NCBI GenBank assembly: GCA_964442255.1
Contig: CAYTYC010000005.1
Span: forward strand, 1 to 60,809
Direction: 5' to 3'
DNA: 60,809 nucleotides
DNA from: an uncultured archaeon
GTDB taxonomy: Archaea > Iainarchaeota > Iainarchaeia > Iainarchaeales > 1-14-0-10-31-34
Below the pieces are notes generated by a model. The model saw nothing but the letters and a program-made list of their open reading frames with translations, ran no database searches and was not told where the DNA came from. Within the stretch, counting starts at the first letter, position 1. Every line of letters starts with the position of its first letter. Shown piece by piece: positions 18,637 to 27,814 of the stretch. The translations under genes were made by a program, and so were the position numbers.

Positions 18637-19328
18637 AAATGGCCAGCAAAGCGGAAAGGGCTGCAAGGCAAAAGGAAAGGGAAGAAAACCAGAAACAAAA
18701 AGAGCTTGAAGAATGGATTCCAAAAACGGCTTTAGGCAAGAAAGCGAAAAACTCGGAGATCTCCTCTCCTGGGGAAGTGCTTGAATCAAACGCGCCGATA
18801 CTTGAGCCCCAGATAATTGATTTCCTGCTTCCGGACATGCAAGAAAAAATGGTTGACTTCAAGAAAACAACCAAAGTAAGGAGGGCGGGAAGAAAGTTTT
18901 CCTTCAGGGCAGCGGTTCTCGTGGGGGATGGAAGGGAATACGTTGGATTGGGGGTGGCAAGCGACAAGGAAAAATGGCCTGCCCTGAGAAAGGCATCAAA
19001 GCTTGCAAAACTCAACCTCGTAAAGGCAAGGAAAGGATGCGGAAGCTGGGAATGCGCCTGCGGAGTTGGGCACAGTCTCCCGTTTGCCGTTGAAGGAAAA
19101 AGCGCCTCGGTTAGGGTGAAGCTTTTGCCGGCCCCAAACGGGGTGGGGCTGGTTGCGGGAGACAACATAAAAGACATACTCAGGTTCGTGGGCTTAAGGG
19201 ACGTGTGGGTGCAGACCCGCGGGTCAACGGGAACAAAACTGAATTTTGTGAGGGCAACAATTGACGCCCTGAAGCAGACAACAAAACGAAAGGGAATGGA
19301 ATCCGGGAAAGAAGAAAAGGTGAAATGA
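18633..19328 (+). CDS. rps5: 30S ribosomal protein uS5
   Basis: WIPKTALG, GCGSWEC, LLPAPNGVGL, NFVRAT. Confidence 0.97.
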   Translation: MKMASKAERAARQKEREENQKQKELEEWIPKTALGKKAKNSEISSPGEVLESNAPILEPQIIDFLLPDMQEKMVDFKKTTKVRRAGRKFSFRAAVLVGDGREYVGLGVASDKEKWPALRKASKLAKLNLVKARKGCGSWECACGVGHSLPFAVEGKSASVRVKLLPAPNGVGLVAGDNIKDILRFVGLRDVWVQTRGSTGTKLNFVRATIDALKQTTKRKGMESGKEEKVK

Positions 19329-19329
19329 A

Positions 19330-19767
19330 ATGTACGCGGCAATCAGAATAAGGGGAAGCATAGGGGTAAACAAAGAAGTAAAAGAAACCCTCGCGCTCTT
19401 AAGGCTGAACAGGGCAAACCACATGGTTTTGCTGCCCGAAGAAAGGCAAGTGAAGGGAATGCTGAAAAAAACTGAAGCCTACCTCACTTACGGGGAAATA
19501 AACAAAAAAATCCTCGCAAAAGTGCTGGAAAAAAAAGGCGAAATAAGCGAAAAAAAAATGAAGGAACTGAAAGCAAAAGGGTTTGAAGAACTGGCTGAAG
19601 CAATACTGGAAGGAAAAAAAACGGAAACAGTGAAGGGAAAGGTTTTCAGGCTGCATCCCCCGAAAAAAGGGTTTGAGCGCGGTGGAATAAAAAAACCCTA
19701 TTCAGTTGGGGGGGCGCTGGGATACCGGGCAGGAGACATCAATGGGCTGATAGAAAAAATGGTTTAA
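19330..19767 (+). CDS. rpl30: 50S ribosomal protein uL30
   Basis: AAIRIRG, FRLHPPKKG, GGALGYR. Confidence 0.96.
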   Translation: MYAAIRIRGSIGVNKEVKETLALLRLNRANHMVLLPEERQVKGMLKKTEAYLTYGEINKKILAKVLEKKGEISEKKMKELKAKGFEELAEAILEGKKTETVKGKVFRLHPPKKGFERGGIKKPYSVGGALGYRAGDINGLIEKMV

Positions 19768-19768
19768 G

Positions 19769-20197
19769 GTGAAAAAGGGAATGGAAAGGAAAAGAAAAAA
19801 GAAAAACCGCCTCCGCGGAAACAGAAGCCACGGAAAAGGCAACACAAAAAATTCCCGGGGGGCAGGATGCAGGGGCGGAAGAGGCAGGGCAGGGTCGCAC
19901 AAGCACAAGTACTCAAAATACCATAAAACATTCGGGACAAAAAAAAGGCTCAAGCCCAAAACAGGAAAAAAGGCGGTAAGCATCGAAAGACTGAACGAAA
20001 TAATTGACGGGCTCGCGGAAAAAAACAAGGTAAAAAAAGAGGGAAAAAAATACTTAATCGGAAAAGAATTTCCATACAAAAAAATTGTTTCCCCGGGAAC
20101 GCCGGAAGGGGAATGGAAAATCAGGGGAATTAAGCTGAGCGCCTCGGCAAAGGAAGCAATAGAAGCGGCAGGCGGAAAAGCGGAGGAGGAAAAATAA
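19769..20197 (+). CDS. rpl15: 50S ribosomal protein uL15
   Basis: RGNRSHGKG, RGAGCRGGRGRAG, IEAAGG. Confidence 0.95.
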   Translation: MKKGMERKRKKKNRLRGNRSHGKGNTKNSRGAGCRGGRGRAGSHKHKYSKYHKTFGTKKRLKPKTGKKAVSIERLNEIIDGLAEKNKVKKEGKKYLIGKEFPYKKIVSPGTPEGEWKIRGIKLSASAKEAIEAAGGKAEEEK

Positions 20198-21573
20198 TGG
20201 GATTGCTTGACTTGCTTCAGCCCATTTACACCCGGCTTCCGGAAATAAAGCCTCCTGAAGTGGCGCCCCCGCTGAAAAAAAAGCTTATGTGGAGCGGTCT
20301 GGCGCTGCTGATTTTCTTCATAATGGGGGAAATAACCGTTTTCGGGCTGGACTCCGCGAAAAGCGGGGCATTGGTGCAGCTGCAGCAGCTGCTTGCCTCA
20401 AACGTGGGAACGCTTATTACCGCGGGAATCGGCCCAATCGTGCTGGCATCCATTATTTTGCAGCTCCTGGTTGGAGGAAAAATAATAAACATAGACTTAA
20501 GCAACCCCGCCGACAAGGCAAGGTTCAGCGCAATGCAAAAACTGTTCGCAATCTTTTTATGCTTTTTTGAGGCCGCAGTATATGTTTTCTCCGGTTTCCT
20601 TACGCCAAAAACCGGGTTCTTTTTTCCCGTAATCCTGCAGGTTGCGTTCGGGTCAATAGTGCTGCTTTACCTGGATGAAGTGGTGTCAAAATACGGAATA
20701 GGCTCCGGGATAGGGCTGTTCATTGCGGCAGGGGTAAGCCAGACAATTTTGTGGAGAATCTTCCATCCGCCGATTCCAAACGTGGACCCCGCGGGGGGAA
20801 TACTTTCACAGTTCATAAACTCGTTAAGTGTGGGGGCGGACTTCATTCTCCTGCTTCCAATCCTCTTCACCCTCATAGTGTTCTTTGTGGTCGTGTACGC
20901 AGAAGGAATGCACGTGAACATTCCAATCACGATGGGAAGGCGTGGCACAGGGGGAAGGTTTCCTGTGAAGCTGCTTTACGTTTCAAACATTCCAGTCATA
21001 CTTGCGATTGCGCTGTTCGCGAACATTCAGCTTTGGGCCGCGATGACGCCAAACATTCCTGTTGTGGGCAAGGTTCTGGGGGGAATATTCGAGCTGGTCG
21101 CGACTTACACTACCTCACAATTCGGCTTGTTTGAAGACCTCCTGAGAAGCATAGGGGCAAACGGATTCATTCCGGGGATAGCCGCAATGATGCCGCTGAT
21201 CGGGCAGGCGCTCATTTACATCGTTATACTGGTGATAGTGTGCATAATTTTCGGAAAATTCTGGGTTGACATGGCGGGGCAGGGGCCTGTGGCGGTTTCA
21301 GAGCAGCTGCAGAAAAGCGGAATGTACATTCCCGGGTTCAGGAGGGACCGCAGAATAATACAAAAAATCCTTGAACGATACATTCCCCCGATAACCATAA
21401 TCGGCTCTGCTTTCGTGGGGCTGCTTGCGGGATTGGCGGACTTAACAGGGGCGCTGGGCTCAGGGACAGGAATTCTGCTCACCGTGGGAATAGTTTACAG
21501 GCTTTATGAAGAGCTTGCAAGGGAACAGATAATGGAAAGCAACGTGTTGCTTAGGAAAATAATGGGGGGATAA
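20197..21573 (+). CDS. secY: Preprotein translocase subunit SecY
   Basis: Multi-pass TM; GIGPIV, GIGSGIGLFI, YVSNIPVIL, IPGFRRD, GTGILL. Confidence 0.98.
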   Translation: MGLLDLLQPIYTRLPEIKPPEVAPPLKKKLMWSGLALLIFFIMGEITVFGLDSAKSGALVQLQQLLASNVGTLITAGIGPIVLASIILQLLVGGKIINIDLSNPADKARFSAMQKLFAIFLCFFEAAVYVFSGFLTPKTGFFFPVILQVAFGSIVLLYLDEVVSKYGIGSGIGLFIAAGVSQTILWRIFHPPIPNVDPAGGILSQFINSLSVGADFILLLPILFTLIVFFVVVYAEGMHVNIPITMGRRGTGGRFPVKLLYVSNIPVILAIALFANIQLWAAMTPNIPVVGKVLGGIFELVATYTTSQFGLFEDLLRSIGANGFIPGIAAMMPLIGQALIYIVILVIVCIIFGKFWVDMAGQGPVAVSEQLQKSGMYIPGFRRDRRIIQKILERYIPPITIIGSAFVGLLAGLADLTGALGSGTGILLTVGIVYRLYEELAREQIMESNVLLRKIMGG

Positions 21574-21659
21574 AAGGTGCCGGCACAAGTTTTTATTGGT
21601 TCCGTTCCAAAAAATACATATCGCATTGGCGCTTTTTTTCCTCAAAGAGAGGCGATTGA

Positions 21660-22127
21660 ATGATTACATTTATCGGCCCGGCAGTGGACATTGTGCTCAT
21701 AGGGGCAGTCCTTGTAGTCATCTCCAGAATCATCAGCATGAAAATGGGAAGAAAAGGCGGGTTCCGGGAACAAATGGCGAAACAAAAGGAAATGATGGCA
21801 AAACAAAAGAGAATAAAGGAACTCATGGGAAAAAACGACGAAAAATCCAGGAACGAGCTGGCAAAACTTCAGCAGGAAATAATGCAGGAAACAATGGCCG
21901 GAATGAAGCAACTTTTCATAACCATGCCGATATTTCTGCTGGCATTCGGGGGAATGTGGACAAACTACGGGGAAACCCTCATAACCCTGCCATTCAATGT
22001 GCCGTTTCTGGGAACTGAAAGCGGCTGGTATTGGTGGTATTTAATCACATACTTTTCAATGACAATAATTGTTGGAATCGCTTTCAGGCTGGGAAAAATG
22101 GTGAAAAAAGATGCCGACAAAAAGTGA
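21660..22127 (+). CDS. DUF106/EMC3-TMCO1 (Oxa1-superfamily) membrane insertase-like protein
   Basis: TM, coiled-coil, TM, GWYWWY TM architecture; conserved position after secY. Confidence 0.85.
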   Translation: MITFIGPAVDIVLIGAVLVVISRIISMKMGRKGGFREQMAKQKEMMAKQKRIKELMGKNDEKSRNELAKLQQEIMQETMAGMKQLFITMPIFLLAFGGMWTNYGETLITLPFNVPFLGTESGWYWWYLITYFSMTIIVGIAFRLGKMVKKDADKK

Positions 22128-22440
22128 AAGAAGCAAAAACAGGAAATACAGGAAAACGCCTGCAGGGACAAAGATTGTAAGAAAAAAAAGCAGGCAAAGC
22201 AAGCAGCACTGCGCGGTATGCAAAAGAAGGCTTGCGGGAACTCCCAAAGGAGGGGTTTCAGGAATCCGGAAGCTCGCAAAAACAAAGAGAAGGCCTACCG
22301 CCGCTTTTGGAGGGGTGCTGTGCAACAGGTGCAAGAGGCTTGCAGTGGAGCAAAGCTTTCTGGTGAAAGAAAAAGCAAAAAAATCCGAAGATATTTCCCC
22401 GGAAATCAGGAAATACGCTGAAATGGTGGGAGAAAGATGA
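22111..22440 (+). CDS. rpl34e: 50S ribosomal protein eL34
   Basis: KTPAG, CAVC, KTKRRPTAAFGGVLCNRC. Confidence 0.93.
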   Translation: MPTKSERSKNRKYRKTPAGTKIVRKKSRQSKQHCAVCKRRLAGTPKGGVSGIRKLAKTKRRPTAAFGGVLCNRCKRLAVEQSFLVKEKAKKSEDISPEIRKYAEMVGER

Positions 22441-22928
22441 TTATGACTGTTTCAGGGAGCGCGGGAAGCGGAAGCGAAAAAATCGGGAAAAGCATGGCTC
22501 TGAACTTCGGAATGCGGTATGTCTCCGAAAAAGAGCTGGATTTGCGGGCATCCCGGGAAACGCGGACCGCGGAAAGCCACGGAGAAAAAGTGGAGCGCCT
22601 GATTCAGGCGGAAAACAGGAAAGGCGGAGTCGTGATTGCGCACTCTGCCGGGGCATGGCTCGCAAAAGAGGCCGCATTAAAGGTTTACCTGAAGTCCACT
22701 CAAAGAAGAAGGGCAAAAAACAGGGCGGAAAAAGAAAAAATTCCCTTAAACCTGGCGCTGGAAAAACTGGAGGAAGAAGAAAAAGAAAACACGAAAAAAT
22801 TGTTTGAGGTTTACGGGGTTGACGCAAAAGACTTAAGCGCATATGATTTGGTTTTAAACGCGGACAGATTAAATGAAGACGGAATAACCGCGGTTGTAAG
22901 AAAATACCTGGAGAAAATAGGTGGATGA
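22437..22928 (+). CDS. cmk: Cytidylate kinase-like protein with a degenerate Walker A motif
   Basis: Position between rpl34e and rpl14e; VSGSAGSG, LKVYL...RAK, YGVD..DLSAYDLVLN. Confidence 0.75.
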   Translation: MIMTVSGSAGSGSEKIGKSMALNFGMRYVSEKELDLRASRETRTAESHGEKVERLIQAENRKGGVVIAHSAGAWLAKEAALKVYLKSTQRRRAKNRAEKEKIPLNLALEKLEEEEKENTKKLFEVYGVDAKDLSAYDLVLNADRLNEDGITAVVRKYLEKIGG

Positions 22929-22929
22929 A

Positions 22930-23109
22930 ATGGCCGGGCTGGAAAAAGGAATGGCCTGCGTGAAGCGCGCGGGAAAAGACGCGGGAAAAACCGTGACCAT
23001 AATTGAATTAAAGGGAAACTATGCGGTGGTGGAAGGAAAAAACTCGAAAAAAAGGAAATGCAACATACTGCACCTCCTGCCCGCCGGAAAAAAGGACGAA
23101 AAAAAGTGA
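22930..23109 (+). CDS. rpl14e: 50S ribosomal protein eL14
   Basis: GMACVKRAGKDAGK, KKRKCNILHL. Confidence 0.9.
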   Translation: MAGLEKGMACVKRAGKDAGKTVTIIELKGNYAVVEGKNSKKRKCNILHLLPAGKKDEKK

Positions 23110-23115
23110 CGGAAA

Positions 23116-23697
23116 ATGGCTGAAGAAAAACAAAAAGAAAACACCCAAACGGAAAAAACGGAAGCCCACAAAGGCGGAAACGGAAAAGAACTCAACCTAA
23201 TCGTGAGAATAGCGGGAATAGACCTGGACGGAAAAAAACCCGTTTACCGGGCGCTGACAAAAATACAGGGAATAGGGCACAGGACAGCGAAAAGCATTGC
23301 AATCGCATTTGAAAAGCAGGCAGGCATAAAATACGACGCCCAACTGGGAGAATTAATGGAAGAAAACCAGAAAAGGCTGGAGAAAATCGTGACCGACCCG
23401 GTTGCAGCCGGAATTCCCGTCTGGAAAACAAACAGGCAAAAAGACTATGAAACAGGGGAAAACAGGCATTTGGTCATGGGGGAACTGCAGTTCAGCGTAA
23501 GGCAGGACACCCAACGGCTGGGAAAAATAAAGGTTTACCGGGGCATAAGGCACCAGTTAAGGCTTCCTCTCAGGGGACAAAAAACAAAGTCAACGCACAG
23601 GGGAAAAGGAATCGTCGTCGGAGTAATGAAAAAAGACGCAAAAGCAGCGAAAAAAGGCGCCGCAAAAACCCCGGACGCCGGAGAAAAAAAGAAATAA
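23116..23697 (+). CDS. rps13: 30S ribosomal protein uS13
   Basis: IVRIAGIDLDG, IQGIG, YRGIRH, PLRGQKTKS. Confidence 0.97.
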   Translation: MAEEKQKENTQTEKTEAHKGGNGKELNLIVRIAGIDLDGKKPVYRALTKIQGIGHRTAKSIAIAFEKQAGIKYDAQLGELMEENQKRLEKIVTDPVAAGIPVWKTNRQKDYETGENRHLVMGELQFSVRQDTQRLGKIKVYRGIRHQLRLPLRGQKTKSTHRGKGIVVGVMKKDAKAAKKGAAKTPDAGEKKK

Positions 23698-23750
23698 TTA
23701 AATGAAAAAGGAGAAAAAAAGAAACAAGTTAGCAAAAAGGTGAAAAAAAA

Positions 23751-24554
23751 GTGGGAGACCCAAGAAAGCTTTCAAACAAGTACGACACCCCAAAAAAGCC
23801 GTGGGACAAGGAAAGAATAGGGGAAGAGGCAGAACTGATGCAAACCTACGGGCTAAAAAACAAAAGGGAACTGTGGACAATTGAAACATTCCTGAGAAAA
23901 AAAAGGCAGAACGCAAGAAAACTGCTTTCCCTTGAGCTGGAGGAAAGGGCAAAAAGGGAAAAAGAGCTCATGGACAACCTGCAAAAAATTGGGCTCACAA
24001 AAGGAAAAGCCTCGCTGGATGACGTTCTCGGGCTGAAAATACAGGAAATACTGGAAAGAAGGCTGCAGACAATAGTCTGGAGAAAAAACCTGGCGAACAC
24101 CGCAAAACAGGCAAGACAATTCATAACCCACGGGCACATTTCCGTGAACGGAAAACGGGTTTCAGTCCCGGGATACGTTGTTTTGGCAGACGAAGAAAAT
24201 TCCGTGGGCTTCTACAAGGGAAAAAAGATTTTAACAGAGCAGAAAAAGCCTAAAAAAAGAAAAAAAGAAGAAGAAAAAAAGGAAGCCGAAGAAGAGCCAA
24301 CAAAAGAAGCGGAAAAAACATCCAAAGAAGTGAAAAAAGACTTTGAGGAAGTCGCGGAAGCCGCGAAAAAAGCCGAAAAAGAGGCGGAACCAAAGGAAAA
24401 AACAATGGAAAAAGAAAAGAAGCCCGAAGAAGCGAAAAAAGAAGCAAAAGGGCCGGAAAAAAAGGAAACCCCGGGTAAAGGAAAAAAAGAGGAAAGCCCG
24501 AAAGAAAAAAAAGGTTCAGGGGAAAAAGGAAAGGTGAAAGAAAATGCCCGGTAA
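23751..24554 (+). CDS. rps4: 30S ribosomal protein uS4 with a ~100-aa Lys/Glu-rich C-terminal tail
   Basis: MGDPRK, YGLKNKRELW, LERRLQT, ARQFITHGH. Confidence 0.97.
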   Translation: MGDPRKLSNKYDTPKKPWDKERIGEEAELMQTYGLKNKRELWTIETFLRKKRQNARKLLSLELEERAKREKELMDNLQKIGLTKGKASLDDVLGLKIQEILERRLQTIVWRKNLANTAKQARQFITHGHISVNGKRVSVPGYVVLADEENSVGFYKGKKILTEQKKPKKRKKEEEKKEAEEEPTKEAEKTSKEVKKDFEEVAEAAKKAEKEAEPKEKTMEKEKKPEEAKKEAKGPEKKETPGKGKKEESPKEKKGSGEKGKVKENAR

Positions 24555-24927
24555 AGGAATAATCCACATTTACGCCTCAAGAAACAACACCATAATCATG
24601 CTTACCGACCCGACAGGCGCGGAAACAATCGCCACAAGCTCAGGCGGAACAGTGGTGAAGGCGCAGCACAAGGAAGGAAGCCCGTACGCTGCAATGAAGG
24701 TCGCGGAAATCGTGGCGGAAAAGGCAAAAGATCGCGGATACCTGGAAGTGGACGTAAAAGTACGCGGGCAGGGCGGAAACAAATCCAAAATGCCGGGTTC
24801 CGGCGCGGAGGCGGCGATAAGGTCACTTACAAGGAACGGCCTCAGGATACGGTCAATTGAAAACGTTACTCCCGTGCCGCACGACGGGTGCAGGAAAAAG
24901 AAAAAACACAGGGGAAAAAAGAAATAA
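24544..24927 (+). CDS. rps11: 30S ribosomal protein uS11
   Basis: HIYASRNNT, SPYAAM, IENVTPVPHDG. Confidence 0.97.
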   Translation: MPGKGIIHIYASRNNTIIMLTDPTGAETIATSSGGTVVKAQHKEGSPYAAMKVAEIVAEKAKDRGYLEVDVKVRGQGGNKSKMPGSGAEAAIRSLTRNGLRIRSIENVTPVPHDGCRKKKKHRGKKK

Positions 24928-24929
24928 CG

Positions 24930-24959
24930 CAAACTTTTTAAAAAAAAGTTTAACCAAAA
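24930..24959 (-). repeat. REP-like hairpin element (reverse orientation)
   Basis: Reverse complement reads TTTTGGTTAAACTTTTTTTTAAAAAGTTTG; lies between rps11 and rpoD. Confidence 0.75.
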
Positions 24960-24980
24960 AAGAAAAAAAGGTGAAAAAAA

Positions 24981-25730
24981 ATGGATGCAAAAGCCCTGAA
25001 AAAAAAGGAAAACCACGTGAAACTCCTATTAAAAGGGGTTGACGCCGCAACAATGAACGCATTCAGGAGGGCGGCAATGAAAGACGTTCCCGTGCTGGCA
25101 GTGGAAGACGTCACAATCCACGAAAACTCTTCCCTCCTGTTCGACGAATTCCTTGCGCACAGGCTCGGGCTACTCCCCGTCAAAACCGACACAAAAACCT
25201 ACAAGAAAAAAGACAAAGTCAGGTTCACCGTCAACATTGAGGGGCCGGCAACCGTTTACTCAAAAGACCTGAAATGCACTGACCCCAAAATAGAGATAGC
25301 GGACAAAAACATTCCTGTGGCAAAACTCCAAAAAGGGCAGAAAATAAAGGCCGAAATGGTTGCGGTAATGGGCTCGGGGGGAGAGCACGGCAAATGGCAG
25401 CCCGCGGTAATTGGCTTCCAGCAGATGGCGGAAATGGAGGTAAGCAAGGACTGCACCCTCTGCAAAAAATGCGTGGAAGCCTGCCCCACTGAGGCAATAG
25501 AAGTGAAAGGAAAAAAAATAGTTTTTGCGGAGCCATACAAGTGCACGCTGTGCCAGGCATGCGTAAAGGAATGCAAGCCAAAGGCGCTAAAAATAATTCC
25601 CTCAGAAGACGCTTACTTAATGGAAATAGAAACGCACGGAGGTTTAAGCGCAAAAGAGCTGCTGGAAGAAGGAATAAGCAGCCTAAAGGAGAAAAGCAAT
25701 GAATTCAAAAAGAGTTTAAAGGACTTATAG
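24981..25730 (+). CDS. rpoD: RNA polymerase subunit D (Rpo3) with a ferredoxin-like Fe-S domain
   Basis: NAFRR, DEFLAHRLGLLP, HGKWQP; two CxxCxxCxxxC motifs. Confidence 0.97.
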   Translation: MDAKALKKKENHVKLLLKGVDAATMNAFRRAAMKDVPVLAVEDVTIHENSSLLFDEFLAHRLGLLPVKTDTKTYKKKDKVRFTVNIEGPATVYSKDLKCTDPKIEIADKNIPVAKLQKGQKIKAEMVAVMGSGGEHGKWQPAVIGFQQMAEMEVSKDCTLCKKCVEACPTEAIEVKGKKIVFAEPYKCTLCQACVKECKPKALKIIPSEDAYLMEIETHGGLSAKELLEEGISSLKEKSNEFKKSLKDL

Positions 25731-25754
25731 GGAAAAAATGTGAAGGCACCGGCT

Positions 25755-25838
25755 GCAGGGATACCGAAGCGGCCAAACGGGCGGGACTTAAGATCCCGTG
25801 GCTTAGTGCCTTCGGGGGTTCGAATCCTCCTCCCTGCA
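25755..25838 (+). tRNA. tRNA-Leu(UAA)
   Basis: Acceptor stem GCAGGGA/TCCCTGC with discriminator A; anticodon arm CGGGA-CTTAAGA-TCCCG; long variable arm; GGTTCGAATCC T-arm; usual position after rpoD. Confidence 0.95.
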
Positions 25839-25848
25839 TCAGAACCTT

Positions 25849-26062
25849 CGGTTCCGATACCTCCGAAAACCCTTCGGAAAATCAGAGCCCACGGTTCCGA
25901 TACNNNNNNNNNNNNNNNNNNNNNNNNNNNNNNNNNNNNNNNNNNNNNNNNNNNNNNNNNNNNNNNNNNNNNNNNNNNNNNNNNNNNNNNNNNNNNNNNN
26001 NNNCGGTTCCGATACCTCCGAAAACCCTTCGGAAAATCAGAGCCCACGGTTCCGATACCTCC
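25849..26062 (+). repeat. 43-bp tandem repeat spanning a 100-N assembly gap (25904-26003)
   Basis: Unit CGGTTCCGATACCTCCGAAAACCCTTCGGAAAATCAGAGCCCA; an identical 55 nt lies on each side of the gap. Confidence 0.7.
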
Positions 26063-26081
26063 CTTGCGGAGGATTCGGGAG

Positions 26082-26154
26082 TTTGATCAAACTTTTCCCA
26101 AAAGTTTAACGCCAAAGACAGAGTTTTTGGCGAACCTTTTTCCCAAAAAGGTTC
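26082..26154 (+). repeat. Two REP-like hairpin elements
   Basis: TTTGATCAAACTTTTCCCAAAAGTTT (26082-26107) and TTTTGGCGAACCTTTTTCCCAAAAAGGTTC (26125-26154). Confidence 0.8.
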
Positions 26155-26159
26155 TTTGG

Positions 26160-26174
26160 ATCCTCCTCCCTGCA
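26160..26174 (+). repeat. Duplicated 3' end of tRNA-Leu (att-like direct repeat)
   Basis: ATCCTCCTCCCTGCA is identical to 25824-25838. Confidence 0.8.
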
Positions 26175-26271
26175 AACCGCCACTGCCGGTTTACGTCAGC
26201 AGACATCAAGGGTTTTCCCTTCGGTCAAACCATTCTAAATCGGGTGTTTTAAAAGTCAAGAGGAAAAAAAA

Positions 26272-26628
26272 ATGAAAACAAGTTTGGAGAAAAAAAAGAC
26301 AATTGCGTTGCTGGAAAAAGAGTCCCGGAAAACCAAGGAAAAGGTTTGGGGAGACCTTGCCAGGACAATCAAAAAGCCTTCAAGGAGCCTTCCCTCCGTA
26401 AACCTCTGGAAACTGGAAAAAATGGCGAAAAAATTCAGGGGAAAGGTTTTGGTTGTCCCCGGAAAAGTGCTTTCCGAAGGGGAAATTGAGTCAAAGGCAA
26501 TTGTGGCAGGATACCGTTTTTCGGAAAAAGCCAAAGAAAAACTGGAAAAAAAAGGCTGCACTGCATTGAGCTTAAGGGAATTGATTGAAAAGAAAACAAA
26601 ACCTAAAGAAATGGTGATAACAGAATGA
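26272..26628 (+). CDS. rpl18e: 50S ribosomal protein eL18
   Basis: VNLWKL, VVPGKVLSEG, FSEKAKEKL. Confidence 0.95.
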   Translation: MKTSLEKKKTIALLEKESRKTKEKVWGDLARTIKKPSRSLPSVNLWKLEKMAKKFRGKVLVVPGKVLSEGEIESKAIVAGYRFSEKAKEKLEKKGCTALSLRELIEKKTKPKEMVITE

Positions 26629-27047
26629 AAGTGGTTGACGCGTCAGAATGCGTAATGGGAAGGCTGGCAAGCAGGCTAAGCAAAGAACTGCTTAAAGGCG
26701 AAACCATTTCAGTTGTGAACGCGGAAAAGGCGCTCATAATCGGGCACAAATGGGACATCATAAAAAAATACAAGAAAAGGACCGAACTCCAGCAGAAAGG
26801 AAACCCGCTGAAAGGCCCCAAATACCCGAAACAGCCGGAAGGAATTCTGAGGAGAAGCGTGAGGGGCATGCTGCCCTACAAGAGGGCAAACGGAAAAGCC
26901 GCGTACAAAAGGCTGAAGGTTTACGGCGGAGTCCCTGTGGAATTAAAGGAAAGGGAAGCGGAAAGCTACGCAAGCGAAGGCGCTCGCGCAAAAAAAGGGG
27001 TTATAACGCTTTCAAAGCTGAGCAAAGTTCTCGGAGGAAGAGGATAA
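26625..27047 (+). CDS. rpl13: 50S ribosomal protein uL13
   Basis: MGRLAS, VVNAEKA, GPKYPKQPE, VRGMLP. Confidence 0.97.
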   Translation: MKVVDASECVMGRLASRLSKELLKGETISVVNAEKALIIGHKWDIIKKYKKRTELQQKGNPLKGPKYPKQPEGILRRSVRGMLPYKRANGKAAYKRLKVYGGVPVELKEREAESYASEGARAKKGVITLSKLSKVLGGRG

Positions 27048-27526
27048 TGGCGGAAGAAAAAAAGCAGGCAGCCGAAGAAGAAAAAGTTTCGGCGAAAAAA
27101 AAGAAAAAGAAAGTGAAAAGCAAGAAATTCGGGATACGCGTTAAGGCAAAGAAAAAGCGTGCGGCAGCGCGCGCAAGAATAAAGACAGGAAAAGGAAAAA
27201 TCCTTGTTAACAGCCGCCCATTGGAAGTGTTTGAGCCAAGGCATGTGAGGGAGCTGCTTGAAGAGCCGCTGGAACTGGCTGATGAAGAGCTGCTCAAAAA
27301 CGTGGACATACGGGTTTCGGTTAAAGGCGGCGGATTCATGTCGCAGGCGGTCAGCGCGAGGGCGGCAATCGCAAAAGCTCTCGTGGAATACAGCAACGAC
27401 AAAAAACTCAAGGAAATGTTTTTGAAGTACGACAGAATGCTTTTGGTGGACGACCCAAGAAGGGTTGAGTCAAAAAAACAGCTCGGGACAAAAGCAAGGA
27501 AAAAGAAGCAGAAAAGCAAGAGGTGA
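27047..27526 (+). CDS. rps9: 30S ribosomal protein uS9
   Basis: AAARA, VKGGGFMSQA, YDRMLLVDDPRRVE, KQKSKR; ATG at 27047. Confidence 0.96.
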   Translation: MAEEKKQAAEEEKVSAKKKKKKVKSKKFGIRVKAKKKRAAARARIKTGKGKILVNSRPLEVFEPRHVRELLEEPLELADEELLKNVDIRVSVKGGGFMSQAVSARAAIAKALVEYSNDKKLKEMFLKYDRMLLVDDPRRVESKKQLGTKARKKKQKSKR

Positions 27527-27727
27527 ATGGAGATGATGGTGCCGATAAGGTGTTTTTCATGCGGAAAAGTTGTTTCCGAACACTACGAGGAATACCTTAA
27601 AAGGGTAAAAAAAGGGGAAAACCCTGAAAAAGTGATGGACGATTTGGGGCTTAAGCGATACTGCTGCAGGAGAACCCTGTTCGCGCACGTGGACCTCATA
27701 GACGAAATAGGAAAGTACAAGGCATAG
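27527..27727 (+). CDS. rpoN: RNA polymerase subunit N (Rpo10)
   Basis: [19 protein letters not shown]. Confidence 0.97.
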   Translation: MEMMVPIRCFSCGKVVSEHYEEYLKRVKKGENPEKVMDDLGLKRYCCRRTLFAHVDLIDEIGKYKA

Positions 27728-27730
27728 GTG

Positions 27731-27790
27731 AAAACTTTTTGGAAAAAAAGTTTCATCAAAAGAAACTTTTAGGAAAAGTTTCATCAAAAA
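27731..27790 (-). repeat. Two tandem REP-like hairpin elements (reverse orientation)
   Basis: Each reads TTTTGATGAAACTTTT...AAAAGTTT on the minus strand; flanked by AGGTGAAAA at 27726-27734 and 27801-27809. Confidence 0.8.
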
Positions 27791-27814
27791 CAAAAAATAA
27801 AGGTGAAAAAAAAA

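Noticed and set aside
21596..22018. Alternative 140-aa ORF after secY
   Set aside because: It overlaps the DUF106 gene in another frame, and the DUF106 frame has the expected architecture and SD.
25430..25590. Ferredoxin-like insert in RpoD as a novelty
   Set aside because: Fe-S domains in archaeal Rpo3 are well described.
25849..26058. Identical 55-nt sequences on both sides of the N run as a real long duplication or a CRISPR
   Set aside because: A gap of exactly 100 N with a 55-nt overlap looks like a scaffolding/k-mer artefact. The true copy number of the 43-bp unit cannot be read from this sequence.
25740..26252. 170-aa ORF after rpoD
   Set aside because: It reads through tRNA-Leu, the repeats and the N gap, so it is not a credible protein.
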